Assembly: GCA_004431415.1 (NCBI GenBank)
Contig: QPMI01000520.1
Coordinates: 434,001-498,000 of the forward strand
DNA length: 64,000 nt
Reading direction: 5' to 3'
From: Cyanophora paradoxa CCMP329
Lineage: Eukaryota; Plantae; Glaucophyta
This document shows, one piece after another, positions 47,269 to 56,758 of this stretch (within the stretch, counting starts at the first letter, position 1; each line of letters begins with the position of its first letter). Position numbers and translations under genes: made by a program. The notes below the pieces were generated by a model. It saw nothing but the letters and a program-made list of their open reading frames with translations, searched no databases and was not told where the DNA came from.

Positions 47269-47422
47269 ATTGAAGGCTCTTGCTGCAGAATTCAACTCCT
47301 GCTCATCTCTGCTCAGCTTACTTTGTCCAGCAACAGGGATAGAAAGCTTGAGTGGGGGGCTTTAAAAAGAAGAAGAAGAAATGTAGTCTGACATACCCTT
47401 GACTGGTGATGCAGGTGCTCGT

Positions 47423-48423
47423 ATGGCTGATCTGCTCAACCGGGTCACTTTCTACAGAACAAACTCTGTGAGCGAGCGAACCCAAAGCCTCTACGCCCGC
47501 TGGGTCGTCCTCTATGAAGGCCATTGCGCGGTTCACTGCATTCCAGCCTGGCCACCAACAGCTTCTGGCGTCGCAACACTGCTGGTGGCTCTTGCTGATG
47601 AAGAGTACGGTCTCTCAGCAATTGACCAGTGTCACTCTGCTCTGCTACATCAGACAAGGCAGAGGATGTTGCCTACTACTGCATTTGCTCACCCCCTTGT
47701 GCTGCAAACATTGCAAGGAATCGCCCGACTTTGTGGAAAACCAGCAAAGCAATCTGCATTGGTCACGTCCGTCCACCTGGAGGCGATTGCTCGTACCTAC
47801 GCTCGTTCCCCTCAAACAAGCTCCTTCGCGCCCTTGTGATGTTGCTTACCGGTTTCTTTGGCCTGTTGCGGCGTGGCGAAATCGTGGCACTCCGGCGGCA
47901 AGATGTGTCCATCCGCGCGGATCGCGTCGTGCTCTTCATTGCCGGTTCCAAGACCGATCGTCGTCGCCAAGGCGCGCAAGTTGTCTTGGGCGCTGTCCCA
48001 GAGTCGGTCATCTGTCCGGTGTTCTGGTTTCGAACCTACTTGCGGACTGTAGCGCTCGCGGATCCGGGCGCACCTCTTTTTGGGCAGCTTCGGGACGCAG
48101 CTCGTTCTCTGTCAGCTCAGACCGTGGCCTATGTTCTCCGGTTCGCATTTGACGCGGCGGGCTTGGACGTCACTGGTATCACACCTCATGGCTTGCGTCG
48201 CGGTGGAGCTACTGCTCTGGCTGCGGCGGGCGTGCCTGAAGAGCTTGTTCAAGCGGTTGGTCGCTGGTCCTTGTTGTCAGCGGTCTACCGACGCTATATC
48301 GATTCTGCTGAGCGCCCGCCCTTGGCTGCGCTCATGGCTAGGCCTGGTGCTCGTTACGCTGGCCCGTCAGCTTCGCTGCAGTCATGTCGGCAGCAACTCG
48401 CGCGTACTCGGCGCAGTAGTTGA
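47423..48423 (+). CDS. Tyrosine recombinase (frameshift near 47820)
   Basis: GLLRRGE, SKTD, HGLRRGGAT, GRW and YRRY catalytic motifs; SAM-like N-terminal part in ORF 47399-47839. Confidence 0.9.
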
Positions 48424-48831
48424 TTGTCTAGTCTTAGAGTCTTGCTTCGCAGTTGTGCGCCTTTGCTGTGCTGTCGGCGCTTGTCTCCCTCGCTCACAAG
48501 CGAGGGCAAGCTGTGTAACTTGCTGAGCGGCTTGTTCCCTAGCCGCTCGAGCGGCTTTGCTTAGCCGCTTTCAATGTGTGTTAGCAATGCCCATTGTTTA
48601 CTATGCCTTCAGTCATCTTTAAGCTATTGTTAGTGCCAACCATTGATATCTTTTGATGAATAATTGATCAACAATTGATCACTAATGTTCAATCATTCTA
48701 CGTCCGCAAGACTCACTCTGCAGCGTGCGCTAGCTGATGTCCTCGAGCGCAGTTGCAGCTTGCCCTTCTTGTGAGCGAGCGAGTCATGATCTTAGCTTCG
48801 CGGCTTTGGCAAGCGCGAATCTAGACCTTCA

Positions 48832-48892
48832 CTTCATGACAAGACATGTTGTGCTTAGCTTGCTGTAAGCAAGGCTGCCGTGGCAGCCATAC
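48832..48892 (+). repeat. Split direct repeat B2
   Basis: Identical to 45018-45078. Confidence 0.93.
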
Positions 48893-49299
48893 CGATATCT
48901 CATGATCGATATCAGAGTCGTACGTATACGTATACATATATACGCGTACGTATACGTATATGGACACGAGCGCGTACGTGCTTACGGGTGTGCATGACTG
49001 GAAGAACCAGCAATTGCAACAGGCCTTGGCCTAGGTCGGCGCGCACCATGCATATGCATACGTCAGCGGACTCGGTGGCGGTGCCGGTACGCGAAGCTTT
49101 TCCTGCGTATACATGCTCGCGTTCGAATCCGTGATCATGAAGACTGGCTGGCGGCATCGGTACCGGTTAGCAGGAGATCGAGGGGCCGATATCGATGTCG
49201 CGGGCGTCGAAAGGCCGCGGCCACGGCCAGCCGCAGCGCCGGCTATCGCGTTCGAATTCGCGAGCAGCAGCCGTAGCTGCAGTTCTGCGCACCAGCCCA

Positions 49300-51821
49300 G
49301 CGGGAGTGCCATCAACCAGCAGCAGCCGCAGTCTCGCAAGCCCGACGGCGACAGAGGCATCTTCGACGTCCTCGTATGCTCCGAGCTGCAGCACAGAGAA
49401 CGCGCAGCCGTTGTTCCTCTCTATTCTCCGACGCGTCAGAAACGGATGTGCGCACATGTATCGACATCTGTGCATGCGATCGCGATCGACGCCGGCGACG
49501 CGTCGCCGCGTACAAGAACGCGTGGGGGCGGGCGGCTGACCGAACGGTTGGGGCCGGGGTCGGCAGCTAAACCGGAGGACTACCGGGAAGCGGGGGATCT
49601 GGAGCGGCCGCCGGTCGTCGTCCCCGTGCCGGACGACTGCGCAAAGTGGGCCGTCGTCCCCATGCGCGAGGTGGACGCGAGCGAGGCCGGCTTCGAGCAG
49701 CTCCGCACCGAGCTCGGCATGCCCGACGCCCCCGTCTACAACGCCAACCTCATAAGCACGCGCAAGTATCGAGGTGAAAAAATTGCACGCGGTCCGAATG
49801 GGCGTGTAGAGCATGTAGCTATAGCTTACTTTGCGTGCGACAGTGTTGCTCACTCGGAAGAACCCGGAGACCACAGGCGACGGCGAGAGCGAGGACGAGC
49901 TGTTGCCGAAACCCCCCCCTGGGGCCGGCCCCGGGCATGCACCTGCGAGATCTAGAACTCGATCTCGCGCGAGCGGGCGCGCAGCTGCGCATGCAGCAGG
50001 CGATCGCGAGGACGATTGCGAGAACTCGGCCGATTCGAGTGATGATGAGGAGGCGCCGCTTCCGCCGCCATGGGCGGGGCGCGCCATTTTGATGAGCCTC
50101 GTTTATGCGACCGACGGGACTCGTTTAAGCGACGACGGCCCGGGTCCAATGCTCGAGTATGTTGAAGAGGTGCGCCTGGCCCCGCCGGCGCGGCCCCGGC
50201 CCATCGCTACTCGAAATTCCCCTGTCGACCATGGCTAATTTATAACGTGTCCGCGGGGACTCAGGGCGGCTCGCACTCTCGCTCCAACCGCGCCTCTTCT
50301 GTCAGGATCTCCTTCAACGACAAAGGGCACACGCAGGTGCGGTCCCCGGATTCGAATATGCGCCCCGCCCGATCCGGACATTCTGCACAAATTTCTGCAA
50401 TTTCGCATTGAGATTGACATGTGAAATTCAGAAAACTTTTAAACAATTTAATTAGGGCCTGCGCGCCGCCAGAGAAACTGCGCGCCGACACGGAGAATTT
50501 ATTTTCGGATCCCGGAGCGCGCAGGACACATTTGGGGTGATGGTCTCGTCCCACAAGGTGCGCATGAGAATTTAAAATTTTCTTCGAAATGGAAATACCT
50601 CCTCGGCGGCCGTGTTGAGTCCGAGAGCTGCATGCGCACCGAGCTTGGATTGACGAAGGGCGGGGGCAGCACAACAAGAAACCGTTCGCGCTGAAGGTGG
50701 TGTGGGAGGACACGCAGGCGCCCGTGGCCCGCAATTTCATCACCTTCGTGACGCGCACGAAACACGAGCGGGCGCCGCGGGCGCCGCTCCGCCGTCCCCG
50801 CGTCCGGCAGGAGGGCCCGGCGGGGGACCAAGACCGCGATGGCGAGGAGCGCGAGGAGCGCGAGGGGGCGGCGGGGAGCGATGAGGGGCATGCCGGTGGG
50901 AGCGGGCGCAGCAACAGCGCGAGCGCGGGGCCCTCCTTGGCGCCCTCCCCAGCCCCCGTACCGGCGGCGGCGGCGAATCTTGGCGAGCCCGAGCTGGCCA
51001 TGCATATGGCTGCCGGCCGCGCAGCCGCCCCGTCGGGCTCGCGCAGCCGCCTTCCGCCGCGCGCCGCCTCGCGCGCCGCGCGCGAGCTCCTCAGCAGGGC
51101 CAGGTCAAGTGCGTTTAAATTTGCGCGCCGCCGCCGGCCCCGCGCGCGCGCTGTGCCGGCCGCGCGGCCTCATCATGATCATGACCTCGCGATCGGCAGG
51201 CAGCGCTAGCGACGAGGGCGAGGAGGACGTGCAATTGGGCTCGGCGCTCCGCGAAACGCGTCGGCGAGCCGGCGCGCCGGCTTCGAAGCGAAGGAAGGCA
51301 CTGGCCACGCCGGCGACCGGGGCTCCGGTACCGGTGCGACGGGAGAGGGTGGAGAGGGCAGGGCGGGGTGCGCCCGAGGGGGCCCCGAGCGACGACGACG
51401 TGAGCCTGAGCTCGGGCGAGGACTCGCGATCGGATCCGGAGCGCGACCGCGAGGGCAGCGGGGCCCCGCCCCCCGCGCGCATCCGGACAGCTGCAGCCCC
51501 GGGCCCGGCCAGCGCCCCGCCCCCCGCCGCCCCGAAAACTTCGATGGCGTCGGCAGAGTCGACGTCGGTCGGGGCGGCGGGGGCGCGGGGGGCGGGGGCG
51601 GCGGTGCTCGCGCTCCCCGTGGACCCCGCCATGTTCCCCGCCACCTTCGCCGCCTCGAGCTCCGCCAGCGCCGCCCGCACCCGCCCCGCTCTCCCCGACC
51701 TCGCCCTCCCCGTCGACCCGCCGCTGGTGCCGTACACGTATCCCGCAGTCGGGGGGACGGGGGCGGCGGCCGGCGTGGGGCCCGCACTCGCCTTCCTTAT
51801 CCAGGTCGCCGACTTCCGCGG
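49300..51821 (+). CDS. Probable host multi-exon hypothetical gene or relic, interrupted by element 2
   Basis: GC-rich coding-like segments with host-type GTGCG donors; last donor at 51822 lies just before the AT-rich insertion. Boundaries approximate. Confidence 0.3.
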
Positions 51822-51839
51822 GTGCGCCCCCGCCCCCCG

Positions 51840-52357
51840 CACACATATACAACGCCCGGCTTTTAGACCTCGGCTTATTTAAATTGATATCGTTAGTATA
51901 TAACCTGTATTTATAATATATTTATCGTGAATATGTGTGTATTTTATCTGTGATATGTATTTATTTTATCGTGGGTTATAGCTTCTTTTTGCCCCCGCTC
52001 ATAGCGGTGTGGTTATCATACACGCTTTTCATTTCATGCCTTCCGTGTTCGAATCGCCCTGCGATGAGAATCACGCCTTCGAATCCCGCCCGTTCCACAT
52101 AATTCCGATCGATCATGCCCCACCTTGCCTGTATACGCCCCCACAGTGCTGGAGTAGACTAGAGGCTGTGGCCGGTAATTCAAAAAAAAAAAATTTTTAA
52201 TAAAATATGTGAAATATGTATAGTTTATGTGAATTTTAGCTATATTCTCGATGAGTAGACTTAAATATCTCGTGAATTTCATTATAGTATAGGTGTGACT
52301 CAACTTAGTTTAATTATAACTTGCCTCAGTCTAAAAGCCGGGCGTTGTATATGTGTG
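51840..52357. repeat. 518-bp AT-rich cassette bounded by a perfect 29-bp inverted repeat (MITE or structured end of element 2)
   Basis: cacacatatacaacgcccggcttttagac (51840-51868) and its reverse complement (52329-52357). Confidence 0.8.
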
Positions 52358-52499
52358 TTGTTCTGAATTTTTAATGCAAAAGCGACGATCACGCGCCGTT
52401 TCATCAAAAACAACTACCATGTGCTGCATGGAACGTTCGCGCGCATCGAGAGCATCAGTTTCGCATGTAAATGTATGAGTTTCGCATCGAGATCGAGCG

Positions 52500-52770
52500 G
52501 CTACGCACAGAAACTACGCAATTTATCGCAACTACTCAAAGAAACTACGCAATTTAATACCGGGAACTACTGAAAAGATACCAAAACTACGCAACTACGC
52601 AACTTTCAGAAAAAGTTTGAAATTCGGGCTGGAAAATTTAGAAAAGTGTAAAACTTGCGTAGTTGCGTAGTTTTGGTTTCGTTTGCGTAGTTTTGGTTTC
52701 GAATTGCGTAGTTTTTCATGGTAAGTTGAGTAGTTTCAAGTAGTTTATATATTATAAAGTAGTTTCTTAT
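52500..52770. repeat. Palindromic iteron array 1 (AACTACGC / GCGTAGTT)
   Basis: 22-bp perfect inverted repeat 52581-52602 / 52655-52676 plus flanking oriented copies. Confidence 0.85.
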
Positions 52771-52924
52771 TAATATCAATATGATTCTATGATATATACC
52801 ATGCTTTCTCTACTTAAAGAGCGCCGGCATGCTATAAAGGGAAGCTACGCGATAGTTTCGCACTGAAACACGACCGTTTTATAGGCTACACAATAGTCTC
52901 GCACCTAAATGCATGCGGGCAATC

Positions 52925-53180
52925 GGAGACTACGCAATTTAACGTAACTACGCATGAAAACTACGCAATCTGATCGCTTTTAATACCGAAAACTACACAT
53001 TTAATACCAAAACTACGCAACTACGCAACTTTCTGAAAAAATTTGAGAGTGAAAAAAAAAAAACTTGCGTAGTTGCGTAGTTTTGGTATTAAATGCGTAG
53101 TTTGCGGTATTAAGTTGCGTAGTTTAACATAGGTAGTTGAGTAGTTTAAAGTAGTTTTTATTAATTATAAAGTAGTTTAT
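52925..53180. repeat. Palindromic iteron array 2
   Basis: 31-bp perfect inverted repeat 52998-53028 / 53065-53095 around an A-rich spacer. Confidence 0.85.
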
Positions 53181-53579
53181 TATTTATCTTATTGTTATCA
53201 GTCTGAGACTCTATGAAAATCGATTGACCTTAGTGTGAAACAGTGCGCCCCGCCCACTATGCAAGATACATGCCAACAACATGCGAGTTCTATGAAAACA
53301 AAAACGATTTAGTCATGTATATATTTCGTATATATGTCTGAACCTCCGTCTAAGATATTCCGCACAACTCTGAATTTGTTTTGTCTTTTTGTTTTTTTCG
53401 CATATGACGACATATACATATATATACCGGCGTCACCGACATATTCGGGGTCATCACATCGCGGCGATTCCGAAAACATATAGCATGCCACAAAGTAGTT
53501 TTTTATGTGTTTTTCGATCGATCGACCAATCGCGGATGTGAGCGTAACCGACTGTTTATTTTATTTAATTTATCATTCA

Positions 53580-53860
53580 TGGGTGACAGGGGGGATACCG
53601 GTTAAGGTGACAGAACGTGACAGGGGGGATACCGGTTAAGGTGACTGACAGGGGGGATACCGTAAAGGTGGCATTTTGTGGACATTTGTGGACATCGGGG
53701 CTACCGGGTTTGTGGTCATTTTGTGGACAAATTGCGAACAAAAACTTGAATGCATATATATGTGTATATGACTGACCAGCCGCTGAGCGACTGACCGGCT
53801 TGCAAGTTGCAATTTCCCGAGTTCCGAGTCCCGAGTCCCGAGTCCCGAGTCCCGACTCGA
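53580..53860. repeat. Tandem repeats: TGACAGGGGGGATACCG x3, TTTGTGGAC-like copies, (TCCCGAG)n
   Basis: Visible at 53583-53665, 53675-53730 and 53815-53857. Confidence 0.8.
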
Positions 53861-54221
53861 TAACACCGGCGATCGCGACTTCGCGGAGACCCCCTTCCGT
53901 TTTCCCCGCATAACTTTGGACAGCGAGCCGATCTCGGCGCGCTCTCAATTGCTACGTGCTCGTAACTTGCTTCCGGGCATGTTGGTGCTAGTTTGACTAG
54001 CTTACGCAACCGTGGCGCGACGCGCAAGTTCGCCATCGGCACAAGTGCCCGAAAACCGAGGTGTCCCCTACGTCGCGCGCGCCGGCGCGCGTTCCCGTAA
54101 GGCTCCACTAGTCATACTTTGCATCCGCGTGCGCATAGAGTAGTTCTACACTACTACAAAGTGGCGCGGTCTGATTCGCAAAGCGCGCGATTTGGCGGCT
54201 ACGAAAGCACCGCGGCGCCTA

Positions 54222-55664
54222 CTACTTTCGTGGTCTCAGAGTCGCTTTTCGATCGCCATTAGCTACCGGCGCTACCGTTGCTACTTTTCTACTACTTCTT
54301 AATGTAGCTTTGGTTTCCGGCGCTTTATAGCTCTCAGTCTGATTAGAGAACGACTTATACCATCGTTGGCTATTCACGCCGCCGGATAGCTTAGGCTCGG
54401 CGGCGGTTACTAGCCGCTGTAATTCTTTATTTACGCGTTTCTCTTTTTGCACGCGATCCTCTAATAGAGTGCCTTGCGGCACAGTCGCGGCGGCTTCTAT
54501 GCCCTCTCTACGCAATTGCGCATCGACCCGCGCCTCGTCCTTCGCCGCCTCTAATGCATCTACTGTGGGCGCCATTAGGTAATCCACAGCTTGGACAGGC
54601 AATAGCTCGTGGAAGGCAAAGCGACCCTCTACGCGATTGCCGTCCGGATCAGTTAGCATAAACTTATAGCCCTCGCGCGCGGCGACAGTATATACGATTC
54701 GGCTCCAATTGTTACCGCCCTTAGCGAATGGCGTCTTCTCGATGCGTAGCCTTACTGACATGCCCGGCTGAATCTGATCCAAATAAGCTATCGATTTCTT
54801 GAATTTCGCATCTTCTTTTTGAACTATGAGCTTATAGTGACTCTCGTTGGTCTCGGCGGGCATATAGCCGGTCGCAGAGTGCACCGTATTATTATAGTTA
54901 TATTCTAACTCGGGCAGGACATCTATAAATCGCGCCGTATTATTAGCGATGCAGTAGCTCGTGATCAGCCGCCGCATTTGCTTGTTAAATGCTTCTATGC
55001 GCCCTTGCGCGCGATGGTCGGCTGTGTCCGCAATCTGATGCTCTATAAACTGATTCTCGAAATATTCTCTTAACAGGCTATTAGTGAATTCTGAGCCGCG
55101 GTCGCTTTGAATCTTAAAAATTGGTCGCGGCGCCTTATTTTGTAGCTGTATAAAGGCGGCTAAGGTCGATGCAGCCGACTTGTCCCGCATCGGTATAATA
55201 TAGCCGACCCGCAACGTGTTCTCCATCCCAGTTAAAAACGCTTGGTAGCCGTCATTATACTTAGCATACGCCGGAAAGAATAGCAGATCAATTACGTAGG
55301 TATCGAGAGGCTGTCGGATTGGTATAGCCGGGTCTCGTTTGCGGGATAGGTGCGGCGCATTAATCTGAACGACCTCTTGCCGGCTATACCACTCTTGCAA
55401 TTTCTTATAATTCTCGTCGGGCAGCTCTTGCCGTAGCTTAGTGATCCCTTTGAAACCGGTTTGCGGATCGTAGAATTTACGCGCGATTTTCGATTGCTCC
55501 GGGACAGCAAGGGCTACGGGCACATCGCGGGGCACCAAAGCCTTTAAATCAGACCGCTTTACTATGCGGCTCTCTTTATTCTCTTTCGGCACGGGGATCG
55601 GCAATGTGCTCCCCTCTAAATCTTGCGATCGTCTTACTATCGGCGGTCTTGACATCCTTGTCAT
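54222..55664 (-). CDS. Retroviral-type (rve, DDE) integrase
   Basis: FYDPQTGFKG, YVIDLLFF, IQSDRGSEF, QGRIEAFNK, YNNTVHSATGYMP; first ATGs at 55664 and 55655. Confidence 0.93.
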   Translation of the reverse strand: MTRMSRPPIVRRSQDLEGSTLPIPVPKENKESRIVKRSDLKALVPRDVPVALAVPEQSKIARKFYDPQTGFKGITKLRQELPDENYKKLQEWYSRQEVVQINAPHLSRKRDPAIPIRQPLDTYVIDLLFFPAYAKYNDGYQAFLTGMENTLRVGYIIPMRDKSAASTLAAFIQLQNKAPRPIFKIQSDRGSEFTNSLLREYFENQFIEHQIADTADHRAQGRIEAFNKQMRRLITSYCIANNTARFIDVLPELEYNYNNTVHSATGYMPAETNESHYKLIVQKEDAKFKKSIAYLDQIQPGMSVRLRIEKTPFAKGGNNWSRIVYTVAAREGYKFMLTDPDGNRVEGRFAFHELLPVQAVDYLMAPTVDALEAAKDEARVDAQLRREGIEAAATVPQGTLLEDRVQKEKRVNKELQRLVTAAEPKLSGGVNSQRWYKSFSNQTESYKAPETKATLRSSRKVATVAPVANGDRKATLRPRK

Positions 55665-55727
55665 CAGACAATAAAAAAGATCAATGTAACATTTTACTCG
55701 CACGCGACAAGAAAAGGTATTGTTTAT

Positions 55728-56353
55728 TTACGGTAAATCGGGATATCCGTGCGACCACTCAAACACTTGCAGTAGATTGCTTTTATGATTCTCGGTATAC
55801 CACAGCTGAGCGTCACTATCCCATATCCCTCCGTTCTCTTTTAAGTATTTACGCAAGGCAGCTCGGTTTCGGATCACAAGCCCGAATTCCGCGAATTTAG
55901 TGTGGTGCTTTTCGAGGTTTTTGTGAATATCCAAATAGTGCCTTTCCCTATTATAATGCGCTTCAAACAAAACATCCATGGCTGATTCCTTGTGGAACAG
56001 AGGTATTCTTCTATCCGTTACATTATTCACGAATCCACAAACCTTTGCGAAATCAATCAAAGACACAAAGCCGTGAACAGATACATATTGATCATGTATA
56101 ACCCATTGATCCCATCCTTTCCGTTCTCCCAGGCAGAACAAGCGGCAATCGGAAGACGAAAGGGCATATAATTTGGGATTATCGTGCTCGGAAAATAGCC
56201 GATGTCGCTTATATCCGTGATATCTAACGTCTTTCCTTGTCCGTGGCTTCCTTCTTTAATAGCTTCGTATAAAGCGCAGAAGTCCCATAGATTAAACGTG
56301 ACCTTTTCGATATCAGAAGTAAAGATGCGCTTGCCCTCATACTTATACTTCAT
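55728..56353 (-). CDS. Hypothetical protein with C-terminal DUF5710-like motif (probably one gene split by a frameshift near 56140)
   Basis: Overlapping ORFs 56057-56353 and 55728-56141; LKENGGIWDSDAQLWY resembles the element 1 DUF5710 repeats. Confidence 0.55.
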
Positions 56354-56476
56354 TGTCGCCTTTTACTTTAAGCTGAGAAAATATTTTCCTGTTGCCTAAA
56401 TGTAGCGCGTTCTCCTTAAATCATTTTGCGTTTCCCACGGGGCTTTCATTTTTTGACGATCCGCGGTGAGACTCTC

Positions 56477-56600
56477 ACGTTTACTGTCAATAAAATCAGG
56501 CTACCTGAGCGTTTATTGTCGAGATTTTAATAATTAATGAAAATCCTGACAATAAACACCGCAAAACGCGCAATAAAAACGTGCAGTAAACAGTAAAATG
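56477..56600. repeat. Imperfect palindrome with CAATAAA/CAGTAAA repeats
   Basis: gtttattgtc (56511-56520) / gacaataaac (56548-56557) with inner gatttt/aaaatc. Confidence 0.6.
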
Positions 56601-56758
56601 AATGATCCGGTATGGGACGCGCACCCGATCCCCAATTACTTCCTAATCGACCCTGACGACCCCGGATTAAAGTGCATATGGCTTCTCCATATCCTAAGGC
56701 GACAGCTCCTTCAATTAGAGCGCAAACCAAGAAAAAGAACGCACGATAAGATAGACGA

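Larger units (their letters stand above)
43039..48892 (+). mobile_element. Tyrosine-recombinase retrotransposon (DIRS order, PAT-like split direct repeats): A1-gag-B1A2-RT/RH/MT-YR-B2
   Basis: A repeat at 43039-43200 and 45079-45239; B repeat at 45018-45078 and 48832-48892; gag CCHC, RT, RNase H, MT and YR domains; no TSD. Confidence 0.93.

Noticed and set aside
43206-48423. Calling the retrotransposon a dead pseudogene
   Set aside because: Frameshifts are 1-nt, and similar ones appear in conserved host genes (TEP1, CAP-D3). Repeats are near-identical, so assembly error cannot be excluded.
52500-53180. AACTACGC arrays as a CRISPR array
   Set aside because: Repeats are short, irregularly spaced and inverted about a centre; no unique spacers of constant length and no cas genes.
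53815-53857. (TCCCGAG)n as an interstitial telomere
   Set aside because: Only about five units and no match to a telomere repeat I can support.
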